A stretch of 63,147 nucleotides of DNA from Persicitalea sp. (GCF_041751555.1 NZ_JBGSXF010000300.1:1-63147); one strand, 5' to 3'. Shown: positions 10,146 through 20,493, numbered from the stretch's first letter. A program made the numbers and translations. Notes: a model not told the origin generated them from the sequence alone.

Positions 10146-12503
10146 ATGTCAAAAAATCTGGTGATCGTAGAGTCGCCGGCGAAGGCCAAAACCATAGAAA
10201 AATATTTAGGTGCCGATTTTACTGTTATGTCCAGCTATGGCCACGTTCGGGACTTACCCGCCAAGGATATGGGCGTGGATACCGAAAACGGCTATGAGCC
10301 TGTATATGAAGTTTCGAGTGATAAAGTTAAAGTAATTAATGATTTAAAGAAATTTGCCAAAGGCTCTGAAGTGTGGTTAGCGACGGACGACGACCGTGAA
10401 GGCGAAGCCATATCGTGGCATCTGAAGGAAGCACTCGGCTTGCCGGACGCGACTAAGCGAATTGTGTTTCGTGAAATCACTAAATCCGCTCTTCAATTAG
10501 CCATTAGCAAACCACGCACCATCGACATCGACCTGGTCAACGCCCAACAGGCGCGGCGCATTCTCGACCGTCTTGTAGGATACGAACTTTCCCCAGTTCT
10601 GTGGAAAAAAATCCGCATCGGAAAATCCTCGCTTTCCGCCGGGCGCGTGCAGTCGGTGGCGGTGCGGGTCGTGGTAGATCGCGAGCGTGAAATCGAAGCT
10701 TTCAATTCTAAAAGCAGCTATAAAATTACGGCGGTTTTTGATTTGGGAAATGGCAAAGAACTTAACGCTGAACTAGCCAAAAATTTTGAAAATCAGGAGC
10801 TTGCCGAAGAGTTTGTTAAGAAATGCGTGGGGGCGATTTTTCAAATAAAGAGCCTGGAAACCAAACCCGCCAAGAAAACCCCAGCAGCTCCATTTACGAC
10901 CTCCACGCTTCAACAGGAAGCCTCGCGCAAGTTGAGTTTCTCGGTTTCGCAGACTATGACCGTCGCTCAGCGGCTTTACGAAGCGGGGAAAATTTCCTAC
11001 ATGCGGACGGACTCTACGAACCTGTCCGGCGAGGCCATGCAGAAGGCCAAAGATCAGATCAATAAAGAGTACGGCGCGGAGTATCATAAAGAGCGGGTTT
11101 TCAAAACAAAATCGGAGTCGGCGCAAGAGGCCCACGAAGCCATTCGGCCCACGGATTTCTCGACGCTGGTGGGCAGTCGCGACCGCAATGAACAGCGGCT
11201 CTACGAGTTGATTTGGAAACGCGCCATTGCCTCGCAAATGGCCGACGCCCAGTTAGAGCGAACGACGGCCACGATCGGCATTTCCACTACCTCTGAACAA
11301 CTCGTTGCTCAGGGCGAAGTCATCAAGTTTGAAGGCTTCCTCAAAGTCTATCTGGAATCCAGCGATGACGAGGACGAGGAGCAAAAAGGGATGTTGCCTC
11401 CGCTCAACATCGACCAAAAGCTAGATTTGGACATCCTGAAAGCCACTGAGCGCTTTACCCGTAACCCGCCCCGCTATACAGAAGCTAGTCTGGTCAAAAA
11501 ACTGGAAGAGATGGGAATCGGACGGCCTTCGACTTACGCCCCGACAATTTCGACAATCATTCGCCGCGAGTACGTGGTAAAAGAAGATCGGCAGGGACTA
11601 GAGCGGCAGTACACCGAGATCACGCTCAAAGACGACAAGGTTAACAAGCAGGAAAATACCGAAACGTATGGTAACGAAAAGGCTAAGCTTTTTCCTACAA
11701 GCGCAGGCATGATCGTGAATGATTTTTTGGTCGCTAATTTTGATGACATCGTCGATTTCTCCTTTACTGCCCATGTTGAGAAAGATTTTGACAACATTGC
11801 CGAAGGCAAGGTACAATGGCAGGATATGATCGATGGTTTCTATAAGAAATTTCACCAGAAAGTTACCATTGCCGAGGGAGAAGCAATTGATAAGAGCCTG
11901 ACAACCCGTTTACTGGGCGAAGACCCCTCCACGGGCAAACCAATTAGCGCCCGTATTGGCCGTTATGGACCTTACGTACAAATAGGGGATGCCGAGGACG
12001 AAGAAAAGCCGAAGTTCGCTAGTTTGTTGAAAGGTCAGCTCATGGAAACAGTCACGCTGGAAGATGCGCTGGAATTGTTCAAACTACCCCGCGAAGTTGG
12101 TTTCTTTGAAGATATGGGTCTGGTCGTCAACATTGGTAAATATGGTCCGTATGTAAAGCATGATGGCAAATTCTACTCGCTCGAAAAAACTGATGACCCG
12201 ATGGCCGTGACTACCGATCGGCTCGTCGAGATCATAGAAGCCAAACGCAAGCTAGACAGCAATCGCCTGATTCGGGAGTACGACGAAAACCCCGATGCCA
12301 AGGTTGTCAATGGTCGCTACGGGCCTTACATTACTTTTGGTAAACGCAACATCAAGATTCCAAAAGACATGGAGCCCGCTGAACTGACCTATGCCGATGT
12401 GCTAAAACTGGCCGAGGGTCAAGAGGATAAACCCGCGGCAAGAGGACGGAAGAAAGCAGCACCCAAAAAGAAGGCAGCGGCGAAGAAAGCTAAGAAAGCC
12501 TAA
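10146..12503 (+). CDS. topA: DNA topoisomerase I (type IA)
   Basis: LVIVESPAKAKTI Toprim start, ATDDDREGEAI, SAGRVQS, ISYMRTDS catalytic Tyr, QEAHEAIRPT, C-terminal GRYGPY repeats, Lys/Ala tail. Confidence 0.98.
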   Translation: MSKNLVIVESPAKAKTIEKYLGADFTVMSSYGHVRDLPAKDMGVDTENGYEPVYEVSSDKVKVINDLKKFAKGSEVWLATDDDREGEAISWHLKEALGLPDATKRIVFREITKSALQLAISKPRTIDIDLVNAQQARRILDRLVGYELSPVLWKKIRIGKSSLSAGRVQSVAVRVVVDREREIEAFNSKSSYKITAVFDLGNGKELNAELAKNFENQELAEEFVKKCVGAIFQIKSLETKPAKKTPAAPFTTSTLQQEASRKLSFSVSQTMTVAQRLYEAGKISYMRTDSTNLSGEAMQKAKDQINKEYGAEYHKERVFKTKSESAQEAHEAIRPTDFSTLVGSRDRNEQRLYELIWKRAIASQMADAQLERTTATIGISTTSEQLVAQGEVIKFEGFLKVYLESSDDEDEEQKGMLPPLNIDQKLDLDILKATERFTRNPPRYTEASLVKKLEEMGIGRPSTYAPTISTIIRREYVVKEDRQGLERQYTEITLKDDKVNKQENTETYGNEKAKLFPTSAGMIVNDFLVANFDDIVDFSFTAHVEKDFDNIAEGKVQWQDMIDGFYKKFHQKVTIAEGEAIDKSLTTRLLGEDPSTGKPISARIGRYGPYVQIGDAEDEEKPKFASLLKGQLMETVTLEDALELFKLPREVGFFEDMGLVVNIGKYGPYVKHDGKFYSLEKTDDPMAVTTDRLVEIIEAKRKLDSNRLIREYDENPDAKVVNGRYGPYITFGKRNIKIPKDMEPAELTYADVLKLAEGQEDKPAARGRKKAAPKKKAAAKKAKKA

Positions 12504-13192
12504 TGAAAAAGCTAGTCGTTCTCTCAGGAGCGGGCATTAGTGCCGAGAGCGGAATTAAGACGTTCCGGGACAGCGGTGGCTTGTGGGAAGAGCACCGGGT
12601 GGAGGATGTCGCCACACCCGCAGCCTGGCGGCGCGATCCTGAGTTGGTGCTGAAATTTTACAACGAACGTCGTAAACAGGCAATGGACGTGGAGCCCAAT
12701 CGAGCGCACCGCATTTTGGCTGAGTTGGAAGACTACTTTGACGTAACTATTATCACCCAAAACATCGACCACCTCCACGAGCGGGCGGGATCGAGAAAGG
12801 TAGTGCATCTGCACGGCGAACTGTTTAAGTCACGTAGCAGCTGCAATCCTAAATTGGTGTACGATATTGAAGGTTGGGAGCTCAAAACGGGTGATTTCTG
12901 CGCCGAAGGCAGTCAACTCCGCCCCCACATCGTCTGGTTCGGCGAACAAGTACCCATGATGACCGTGGCGACGCAAATCACTGAGGAAGCTGATATTTTT
13001 GTGGTTATCGGCACATCACTGGCCGTTTACCCGGCAGCGGGTTTGGTGTATTACGTGGATAAGGACGTCCCGATCTACTTAATTGACCCCGTTCAGCCGG
13101 ATATTAATCTGAGTAAAAACATGACTTTCATTAAGGAGAAAGCGACGGTTGGCGCTGTGAAGCTGTTTGACAAGTTGGTAAAAGAAGTCTAG
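12503..13192 (+). CDS. cobB: NAD-dependent protein deacylase (sirtuin)
   Basis: SGAGISAESGIKTFR, ITQNIDHLHERAG, HLHG, LRPHIVWFGE, GTSLAVYPAA. Start overlaps the topA stop (TAATG). Confidence 0.93.
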   Translation: MKKLVVLSGAGISAESGIKTFRDSGGLWEEHRVEDVATPAAWRRDPELVLKFYNERRKQAMDVEPNRAHRILAELEDYFDVTIITQNIDHLHERAGSRKVVHLHGELFKSRSSCNPKLVYDIEGWELKTGDFCAEGSQLRPHIVWFGEQVPMMTVATQITEEADIFVVIGTSLAVYPAAGLVYYVDKDVPIYLIDPVQPDINLSKNMTFIKEKATVGAVKLFDKLVKEV

Positions 13193-13197
13193 GGAAT

Positions 13198-14052
13198 ATG
13201 AGTTTTGAGTCTATGAGTTCAGGAGTTTTTCAGATGGATAAGAATGAAAAGGTTATCTTAAACAATGGCATTGAGATGCCTATTTTGGGGTTAGGTATTT
13301 ACGCTCCTGGTGAGAAGAATGAAGTGCGCCAAGCCGTAGAATGGGCTATCGAGACGGGCTATCGTCTGATCGACACAGCTAGTGTGTATAAGAATGAGGA
13401 AGAAGTAGGACAGGGAATCATCGACAGCGGAATAAAGCGGGGGGAACTATTTATCACTTCCAAAGTTTGGGACGACGAGCAGGGATTTGATAGTACTTTA
13501 CGTGCCTTCGATCGTAGTTCGGAACGTCTTCAGACCGATTACCTCGACCTGTATCTAGTACATTGGCCCGTCAGCAAGACGCGGAAAGAAACTTGGCTGG
13601 CATTGGAGAAATTATATGTTGAAAAGCGCGTGCGCGCCATCGGGGTATCCAATTATTACCAATCACATCTGGAAGAGCTTTTTGGCTACGCCTCTGTCAT
13701 TCCGGCGGTCAATCAGTTTGAGCAAAGTCCTTTTCTCTATCTACCTGATCTGTTAAACTATTGTGATGAAAAGGCCATTCGACCCGAAGGATATGCGCCT
13801 TTGGTTAGAGGGAAACATGAAAACAATCCTACGCTGGTCGCTGTAGCCAACAATCATGGCAAATCTACTTATCAAGTTCTCATTCGCTGGGCATTGCAGC
13901 ACGGCATCGTTACGATACCCAAGTCGACAAATCAGGAGCGCATCAAGGCGAATTTCGACGTCTGGGATTTTGTGATATCCCCCGCCGAAATGGATCAACT
14001 CAACAAACTTGATGCGGGTGTTCGCGTAGCGAATGATCCGAGCGAGTATTGA
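13198..14052 (+). CDS. Aldo/keto reductase
   Basis: GYRLIDTASVYKNE, LFITSKVW, DYLDLYLVHWP, RAIGVSN, IPKS. Start could be a downstream ATG. Confidence 0.93.
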   Translation: MSFESMSSGVFQMDKNEKVILNNGIEMPILGLGIYAPGEKNEVRQAVEWAIETGYRLIDTASVYKNEEEVGQGIIDSGIKRGELFITSKVWDDEQGFDSTLRAFDRSSERLQTDYLDLYLVHWPVSKTRKETWLALEKLYVEKRVRAIGVSNYYQSHLEELFGYASVIPAVNQFEQSPFLYLPDLLNYCDEKAIRPEGYAPLVRGKHENNPTLVAVANNHGKSTYQVLIRWALQHGIVTIPKSTNQERIKANFDVWDFVISPAEMDQLNKLDAGVRVANDPSEY

Positions 14053-14113
14053 TTTAGTCATAAGAAAAAGTTAGTACTCTTTTCCTCACTACTCATCATT
14101 CATCACTCCATAA

Positions 14114-14995
14114 ATGCAACTCCTCGACGGGAAGGCTCTTTCCAATATTATTAAGGCTGAGATAAAAGAAGAAGTAGATGCCTGGATGGCTCAGGGCGGT
14201 AAGAAACCGCATCTGGCTGCGATATTGGTGGGCAACGACGGCGCAAGCGAAACTTACGTGGCTTCCAAAATCAGGAGTTGTGAGCAAGTCGGGTTTACTT
14301 CCACATTTGTGCGCTTGGCGGAAAGTACCAGCGAGGCGGATTTATTGAAAGAAGTTAGTAAACTTAACGAAAATACTGATGTGGACGGCTTTATTGTGCA
14401 ATTGCCTTTGCCGAAACACATTTCCGAAAACACAATTATGGAAGCCATCGACCCCGCTAAAGATGTGGATGGGTTTCACCCCATTAATGTCGGACGGATG
14501 TGTAAAGGACTACCCGCGTATCTCTCAGCGACGCCCTTTGGGATTCTGGAAATGTTGGAACGCGCCAAAATCGAAACGACGGGCAAGCATTGCGTGGTCA
14601 TCGGTCGCAGCCAAATCGTCGGCCTTCCCATGGCGATTCTGATGCAGCGCAATACCTACCCCGGCAACTGCACGGTAACGATTTGCCATAGCCGAACGCA
14701 GAACTTGAAGGAGATTTGCCAAACGGCAGATATTTTGGTAGTCGCGCTGGGCCGTCCCGAATTCGTAACTGCAGATTACGTGAAAGAAGGTACCGTCGTG
14801 ATCGACGTAGGCATTACTCGCGTGGCTGACGATTCAAAAAAGAGCGGTTTCGCTTTAAAAGGAGACGTGATGTTCGACGAAGTTGCTCCAAAAAGTAGCC
14901 ACATCACTCCCGTTCCGGGTGGAGTGGGACTCATGACAATTTGTGGATTGCTAACGAATACTTTAAAAGCAGCTCGGAAGGAGATTTACCAGTAG
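14114..14995 (+). CDS. folD: Bifunctional methylenetetrahydrofolate dehydrogenase/cyclohydrolase
   Basis: [47 protein letters not shown]. Confidence 0.97.
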   Translation: MQLLDGKALSNIIKAEIKEEVDAWMAQGGKKPHLAAILVGNDGASETYVASKIRSCEQVGFTSTFVRLAESTSEADLLKEVSKLNENTDVDGFIVQLPLPKHISENTIMEAIDPAKDVDGFHPINVGRMCKGLPAYLSATPFGILEMLERAKIETTGKHCVVIGRSQIVGLPMAILMQRNTYPGNCTVTICHSRTQNLKEICQTADILVVALGRPEFVTADYVKEGTVVIDVGITRVADDSKKSGFALKGDVMFDEVAPKSSHITPVPGGVGLMTICGLLTNTLKAARKEIYQ

Positions 14996-15064
14996 TTGCT
15001 TTACATAAAAAACCAAAAACTGCTGATGATTCGTTAGACTTCGAGTACTTTCTGCTTTTACTAA

Positions 15065-15072
15065 TAATTTTG
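15065..15072 (+). promoter_or_regulatory. -7 promoter box of the XRE regulator, flanked by a 6-bp inverted repeat
   Basis: TAATTTTG, with ACTAAT (15060-15065) and ATTAGT (15076-15081). Confidence 0.45.
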
Positions 15073-15103
15073 TCAATTAGTTGGTAATTGGTTCTAAATC
15101 AGC

Positions 15104-16111
15104 ATGTCTTTAGTCAGCAATAACATCAAGTACCTGCGTCGGCTGAATGGCTTGACCCAGGAACAGTTCTCCCGAAAAATCGGCATAAAGCGCTCTCTAC
15201 TTGGTGCTTATGAAGAAGCCCGCGCCAATCCCAACCTTACCAACCTGAAAAATATGGCCACCGCATTTGGCGTGTCGGTCGATCATTTGCTTAAAAATGA
15301 TCTCAGGCGGTTACGAGAGACGCCTGATTTGGGCATTCCCTTCAACCCGGCCTTTAAGCCGATGGCACCGCTAATTAAGGATGATGCCCCCTCCGCTCCG
15401 CAGCCACTTTCGGCTATCGTAAATAAATTTCAGCCGCCTAAGCCGGCGTTACGTATGGTGGCTAAGCAAGTAGCCCTCAAACCCGTAAGACCTGAGAAAT
15501 TTGAGCGTTCGGCCACCCCAATAACTCCGTTTACGGCAAACGCGCCTTTGACTTTCAACAACCACTACGAGGAAAATGGAGCAACTAAATCTGCTCCGCC
15601 GATAGAGGTAAAAGCACCACAACAAACCATTCAATGGGTGAAACGTGGTCAGGCGAACGAATACCTTGCCAACTACCAAGACACGGCTTTTCTGAATCGA
15701 TTGCCCGTTTTCCAACTCCCCAACCTACCTTCGGGTCACTACCGCGCCTTTGAAGCAAGTGAAGATTTTAGCTTTCCAGGTGCTTTGCTGGTTGGTAGTT
15801 TCGTACGCAATTGGTACGAAATAAAGGACGGAACGCACTACGCATTACTGATAAAAAATACCGGTGTTATCAGCCGAAAGGTTTATAATCAAGTGAAGGC
15901 CAAAGGAATTCTTCTGCTCCGTTCGGATGACCCAAAGCGCAGCGATCTGGAACTTCCAATACGTGATGTACTGGAAGTTTGGGAGGTAAAATCTTTTGTC
16001 AGTCAAACGATGCCAGCGTCAAAGCCTTCGCACGAGAACCTCAAAAAAATTCTCGGAAACCTTCGCGATGAACTAAACCGCGACACTTCATCGGGCGGCT
16101 TCCTCTCCTAG
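15104..16111 (+). CDS. XRE/Cro-type HTH regulator with Pro-rich linker and degenerate S24 (LexA/CI-like) C-terminal domain
   Basis: NIKYLRRLNGLTQEQFSRKIGIKRSLLGAYEEARANP HTH. C-terminal YRAFE...V.NW.EIKDG..Y...LRSD....D...I.DVLEVWEV resembles S24 domains. Confidence 0.8.
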   Translation: MSLVSNNIKYLRRLNGLTQEQFSRKIGIKRSLLGAYEEARANPNLTNLKNMATAFGVSVDHLLKNDLRRLRETPDLGIPFNPAFKPMAPLIKDDAPSAPQPLSAIVNKFQPPKPALRMVAKQVALKPVRPEKFERSATPITPFTANAPLTFNNHYEENGATKSAPPIEVKAPQQTIQWVKRGQANEYLANYQDTAFLNRLPVFQLPNLPSGHYRAFEASEDFSFPGALLVGSFVRNWYEIKDGTHYALLIKNTGVISRKVYNQVKAKGILLLRSDDPKRSDLELPIRDVLEVWEVKSFVSQTMPASKPSHENLKKILGNLRDELNRDTSSGGFLS

Positions 16112-16873
16112 CTGATCTAGTAGTTTCTTAATTCGGGGTAGCACTTCACTATCGGGCGCCGGTTCGACGAGCGTTTCGCCAAACTCGTACCAAAGACCAT
16201 CACCCAAGCTTAGGTACTTTCCACTAAATTTTGGTACTTCCCGGGTGGCTTCTTCCGTGACAAAATCGGCCATAAAAACAGTTCCCATTACTTCTTGAGT
16301 CCACTTCCAGCCCAGTATTTTCGGTGGCTCGTCGTTTTGCTGCACCGAGAAAATGCGCTCGGCAAACGCGGCTCGACAATTTATTTTAGACTCGCCCAAG
16401 CGGTCGATATTTCGGTAGTCTAGCTTGAAGGGCTGCTCCTTTTCCGAAACTTCGTAAATGGCCTGCATGATTTCTTGCAGGAAATACTCAAAGTCAGCGA
16501 TATTGGTCGGGAAATAACGTTCATCTCCGCTATTTTTATTCGGAAATACCAATTCGATATAATCCTCTGTATCATTGGTCTTGCGTTCAGGTCTGTAAGA
16601 GGTTTTTGACAGCAGCTTATCCAATTCCTTCTGCCAAACCGCCGACAGCTCACCCTTCCAGGCATAATCGCTATTCAACTCAAATCCTTCTTCCAGAATC
16701 GCTTCCTCTTCCAATTCATCACGATCGAGGTATTGATGATCGAAATCAGCCAGTAATCCTTCGTCTGCTTTGGTTAGCGTCAGAGTGAAGAAATAAGCGT
16801 ACGGCGGTGGCGTAATTTCGGAAGTCTGAAATTTGATAATCAACATTTTCCAATCTGCGGGAAGTTTAGTCAT
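16088..16873 (-). CDS. Hypothetical protein
   Basis: 261-aa acidic ORF. Start overlaps the upstream ligase stop; 3' end overlaps the XRE gene by 24 nt. Confidence 0.75.
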   Translation of the reverse strand: MTKLPADWKMLIIKFQTSEITPPPYAYFFTLTLTKADEGLLADFDHQYLDRDELEEEAILEEGFELNSDYAWKGELSAVWQKELDKLLSKTSYRPERKTNDTEDYIELVFPNKNSGDERYFPTNIADFEYFLQEIMQAIYEVSEKEQPFKLDYRNIDRLGESKINCRAAFAERIFSVQQNDEPPKILGWKWTQEVMGTVFMADFVTEEATREVPKFSGKYLSLGDGLWYEFGETLVEPAPDSEVLPRIKKLLDQLGEEAAR

Positions 16874-17942
16874 TGGGAGTTTTTAAGTAGTTCTGAGCGG
16901 TTGCTTTTTTGTCGATTTTAGCGGTAGGTGTTCTTTTAAACTGTTCTGCAAAGTAAATAGCTTTCGGGATTTCGTAGCGTTTCACTCGGTCAGAGATTTT
17001 TGATAAAAGTATTTCCGTATTCAAAAAAGCAGCTTTCTCTTCCAGAAAAAGCACTAACTTCTGACCAAGCTTTTCGTCCGGTTCGTGCCAAGAAAAATAG
17101 TCGGTAGTTGCGTTCATTTCCTGCAAAATCTTTCCAACCATTTGATCCAACTTGTCTAACGAAATCTTGACACCGCCCGAATTTATAACCGAATCGGCGC
17201 GTCCTAACCAACGGAATGAGTTCGAGGAAGTAATTTCGACCAGGTCGTTGGTCTGAATGATCCTATTATCAGTTACTGCCCCGCAAATGTAGAGGCAGCT
17301 TCTTTCGTCGACACCAAATTCAATGCCTGGCATTACCTGATAATCTTCTTGCGACTCATCGCCGTTTAATCGTCGCAACGCTACGTGTGAGACAGTTTCC
17401 GTCATTCCATAACTTTGATACACAGGAACACCCAATGCCTGAATTTCTTGAAGGAGTACCTCGGAAACGGCTGCGCCCCCAAGCAGTATTTTTCCAAAGA
17501 CCCCTACCCTGCCGTGGGTTTGTGCATCTTGCAATATGGCCGACATCTGCATAGGTACAAGCGCTACGAAATCAAAGGACGCCTCTTCTGGTACATCCAG
17601 TAAAGGATTGCTACCCGGCTTCACTGTAGTAATCAGCCATCCAAGTTCCAATCCCCTGACTAGCATCATCATGCCCGCGATGTAGTTCACGTTGAGGCAG
17701 ACCAGGGCGTAAGTTCCTTCGAGTAGATTCAAGACTTGCCCGGTCAGGCGAGCGGAAGCGATCATCTGTGTACGGCTAAGGACAATTTCCTTTGGGGTAC
17801 CCGTCGAGCCGGACGTTGTGATCGTGAAAGTTTTTCTTCCACTTAACCACGCTATGGCAAAATCATAGATCGACTTGAAGTAGGGATCGCTCGGAATTTC
17901 TTCCTGCAAAATCTTGTCTCGGTGGCTTGTCCAGCTATTCAT
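16866..17942 (-). CDS. menE: AMP-binding enzyme, O-succinylbenzoate-CoA ligase-like
   Basis: TTSGSTGTPK loop, LLGGA, SYGMTETVSH, QTNDLV, LGRADSVINSGGVKI, TPTAKIDK. Short Bacteroidota form. Confidence 0.75.
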   Translation of the reverse strand: MNSWTSHRDKILQEEIPSDPYFKSIYDFAIAWLSGRKTFTITTSGSTGTPKEIVLSRTQMIASARLTGQVLNLLEGTYALVCLNVNYIAGMMMLVRGLELGWLITTVKPGSNPLLDVPEEASFDFVALVPMQMSAILQDAQTHGRVGVFGKILLGGAAVSEVLLQEIQALGVPVYQSYGMTETVSHVALRRLNGDESQEDYQVMPGIEFGVDERSCLYICGAVTDNRIIQTNDLVEITSSNSFRWLGRADSVINSGGVKISLDKLDQMVGKILQEMNATTDYFSWHEPDEKLGQKLVLFLEEKAAFLNTEILLSKISDRVKRYEIPKAIYFAEQFKRTPTAKIDKKATAQNYLKTPND

Positions 17943-18000
17943 GGCGACGATTTAAAACCCTAAGTTCGGAAATTGGTTTTAACTCAGCATAAACAATGCG

Positions 18001-18008
18001 TATTTTTG
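18001..18008 (+). promoter_or_regulatory. -7 promoter box
   Basis: TATTTTTG, 16 nt upstream of ATG 18025. Confidence 0.5.
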
Positions 18009-18024
18009 GCCGTTAAGCAGAGCT

Positions 18025-18456
18025 ATGAACAACACACCACAACAAACGGGAGACGAAAAGATAGCCCGGAATCCTGGATTAATGGAATATGCCCACACGG
18101 TGGGCGGAGCAATAATCCGGCCCGACGACATGGGTAAGGTGAAGAGCCGGAGCCTGGTGGCCATGCGCCAGCAGACGGATATTCAACTGGCCCAATTGTA
18201 CAAGCAGATGCAGCTTTTGGCCGAACAAGCCAAGCACATTGGCCAACGTGTGGAGGTATCGGAAAGAATTTATTCGGCTCAGATGAGCTTCGAGCCTTTA
18301 ATTGGTAACACCTATTACCTTTACGAAAAAGCGGATGGCGGTGATGCCCTCTCGCTTGTTGGTCCCCAGGAATGGGGACGCAAGAAACCGTTCAAAGCTT
18401 TTATTGCTAAGGTCAATATGTTGGCCGATCATACCTGGGAGATTGAAGCTATTTGA
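18025..18456 (+). CDS. DUF2452-like conserved protein
   Basis: YAHTVGGAIIRP, coiled segment, IYSAQMSFEPLIGNTYYLYEK, LSLVGPQEW, LADHTW. Family recognised from memory. Confidence 0.75.
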   Translation: MNNTPQQTGDEKIARNPGLMEYAHTVGGAIIRPDDMGKVKSRSLVAMRQQTDIQLAQLYKQMQLLAEQAKHIGQRVEVSERIYSAQMSFEPLIGNTYYLYEKADGGDALSLVGPQEWGRKKPFKAFIAKVNMLADHTWEIEAI

Positions 18457-18501
18457 AAGCCGTGAGTTATTCTTCCAATTTATAATGTTTAAAATTTGAT
18501 A

Positions 18502-18909
18502 ATGAACTACTGGATCGTCAAATCCGAACCCTTCAAATATTCGTGGGACGACTTCGTTCAAGAAAAGCGCGGTGTATGGGACGGCGTCAGGAACTACCAG
18601 GCCAGGAACAACTTGCAGGCCATGAAATTGGATGATCTCGTGCTTTTCTACCACAGTAACAAAGGCAAGGAGATTGTAGGTCTGGCTAAAATCGTGAAGG
18701 AACATTACCAAGACCCAACCACTGAAGACGAGCGGTGGGTAGTTGTAGATCTTGTACCGATCGAACTTTTTCCCAAGGCTGTTACTTTGGCACAGATCAA
18801 AGCCGACGACCGCCTGCAAAATATATCGCTGGTTCGGCAATCACGCCTCTCTGTCCTTCCCATCCGCGCTGAAGAATTTGATATTATCGTAGGATTAGCC
18901 CATGACTAA
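18502..18909 (+). CDS. EVE domain protein (PUA-like)
   Basis: MNYWIVKSEP, WDGVRNYQARN, LFYHSN, RQSRLSVLP. Confidence 0.93.
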   Translation: MNYWIVKSEPFKYSWDDFVQEKRGVWDGVRNYQARNNLQAMKLDDLVLFYHSNKGKEIVGLAKIVKEHYQDPTTEDERWVVVDLVPIELFPKAVTLAQIKADDRLQNISLVRQSRLSVLPIRAEEFDIIVGLAHD

Positions 18910-20491
18910 GCGCCTATTACGTTTGCGCACCGCTCTGTTCTTATCGTGGTTCGCCTTCATTTTCCACTCCGTATCGGCCCAGGAAACAAAAAGGGTCGAG
19001 CTTCCTATTCCCGACAAAAGCGAAACCTACCAGACCGTGCCACTTGGCGGACGAGGCGTTTTGCTCATCTCTCAATCGGGTCGTAATGCCTACAACGTAC
19101 AGCTTTTCGACACCGACCTGGAACGGCGGTGGTCCATCGATGGAAACATTGAGAACAATCTTGACTATGTGGCCTCTACCTACGATGGTGGCTCAGTCTT
19201 CTTACTTTTCAGTCGATACCACAGTCCGATTTACCAGATCGTTAAAGTGAACATTGGTCCGGGCTTCGTCGAGACTTTTACGATCAACACGCTGGATCGC
19301 TTCGAAATTACCGATTTTAAGTCGTTAGGTTACGCCCTGTTTATGGCCGGGACGGTTCGCAACGAGCCCGTATTGATCCATACTAATTTACAATCGCAGC
19401 AAACCAAAATTCTACCCTCCGCCATTCGAGGTTCCAATGCCATTCAGTCGATTGAAGTCGACACGGTGCATCAGTTGGTCAACGTTAGTTTTGCGGTCAA
19501 GAGTCGCAAGGAAGTCAAGATTGTGGCCCATACCTATGATGCCTTGGGGCAATTGTATGGGCAGGTGATGGTGGAGCCAGAAGATGACTATTCATTTTTG
19601 AACGGAAAGCTGCAAATCCTGAATGACTCGGTAAAGCTCATGATAGGCACGTACGGGTATCGAAATATGCAGAATTCTAATAGCGCAGCTTCGCAGGGTA
19701 TGTTCATCAGTAAAATCCTTTTTGACGAGGTTCAGTACACGCGTTACCATAGTTTTACGGATTTCGCCAATTTCTTTTCCTTCATGAACGAACGGCAACA
19801 GGAAAAAATGGAACGTCGTATAAAAAGAAAGAAAGATTCAGGCGCCGATTTGAAACTGAACTACCGTTTGCTCGTCCATGATATCATACCCAAAGGGGAT
19901 CAATACGTGATGGTTTCTGAGGTTTTTTATCCCGAATACCGTAGCAACAACAACAATATCATGGGGATGAATTCATTTATGGGCAACCCGTTCATGTTCG
20001 GTTCTCCGTTTGGCCGGGGATTGTACAATCCGTACCTGTGGAATCCCTACTACGGGTCGCGGGGCGGCTACAATAATCAGATTTTCGACGGCTTCGTCTA
20101 TACTCATGCTATCGTGGCCGACTTCGATAAAGACGGAAAACTACTCTGGGACAACAGCATCAGTTTCGATAACGTGAAGAGTATGGAGCTAAAGGAGAAA
20201 ATCAACGTTATGGTATCCGAAGAAGGTCGCACACAACTAGTATACAGTAAGAACGGCGCGATCACCAGCAAAATTATCAAAGGGAAACAAGTAGTTGACA
20301 GCGGTAAAAGTGTAGAGTTACCTACCGGACTGGAAGGCGATAAGGTTCGCAAGACCTCTACCGACGACATAGATTTTTGGTACGACAACCACTACCTTGC
20401 TTGGGGCATTCAGCGCATAGTTAACCCCGCCGGGGATGTGCAGAGCCGGGGACGCCGCGATGTCTTTTATCTGAATAAAATAACATTCTGA
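18902..20491 (+). CDS. Secreted beta-rich hypothetical protein
   Basis: Signal peptide ending VSA|Q, beta-strand-like periodicity, start overlaps the EVE gene end. Confidence 0.75.
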   Translation: MTKRLLRLRTALFLSWFAFIFHSVSAQETKRVELPIPDKSETYQTVPLGGRGVLLISQSGRNAYNVQLFDTDLERRWSIDGNIENNLDYVASTYDGGSVFLLFSRYHSPIYQIVKVNIGPGFVETFTINTLDRFEITDFKSLGYALFMAGTVRNEPVLIHTNLQSQQTKILPSAIRGSNAIQSIEVDTVHQLVNVSFAVKSRKEVKIVAHTYDALGQLYGQVMVEPEDDYSFLNGKLQILNDSVKLMIGTYGYRNMQNSNSAASQGMFISKILFDEVQYTRYHSFTDFANFFSFMNERQQEKMERRIKRKKDSGADLKLNYRLLVHDIIPKGDQYVMVSEVFYPEYRSNNNNIMGMNSFMGNPFMFGSPFGRGLYNPYLWNPYYGSRGGYNNQIFDGFVYTHAIVADFDKDGKLLWDNSISFDNVKSMELKEKINVMVSEEGRTQLVYSKNGAITSKIIKGKQVVDSGKSVELPTGLEGDKVRKTSTDDIDFWYDNHYLAWGIQRIVNPAGDVQSRGRRDVFYLNKITF

Positions 20492-20493
20492 GT

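Noticed and set aside
12503-13192. Sir2 protein as an anti-phage NADase (Thoeris/DSR type)
   Set aside because: Short canonical CobB-type deacylase coupled to topA, with no defence partners.
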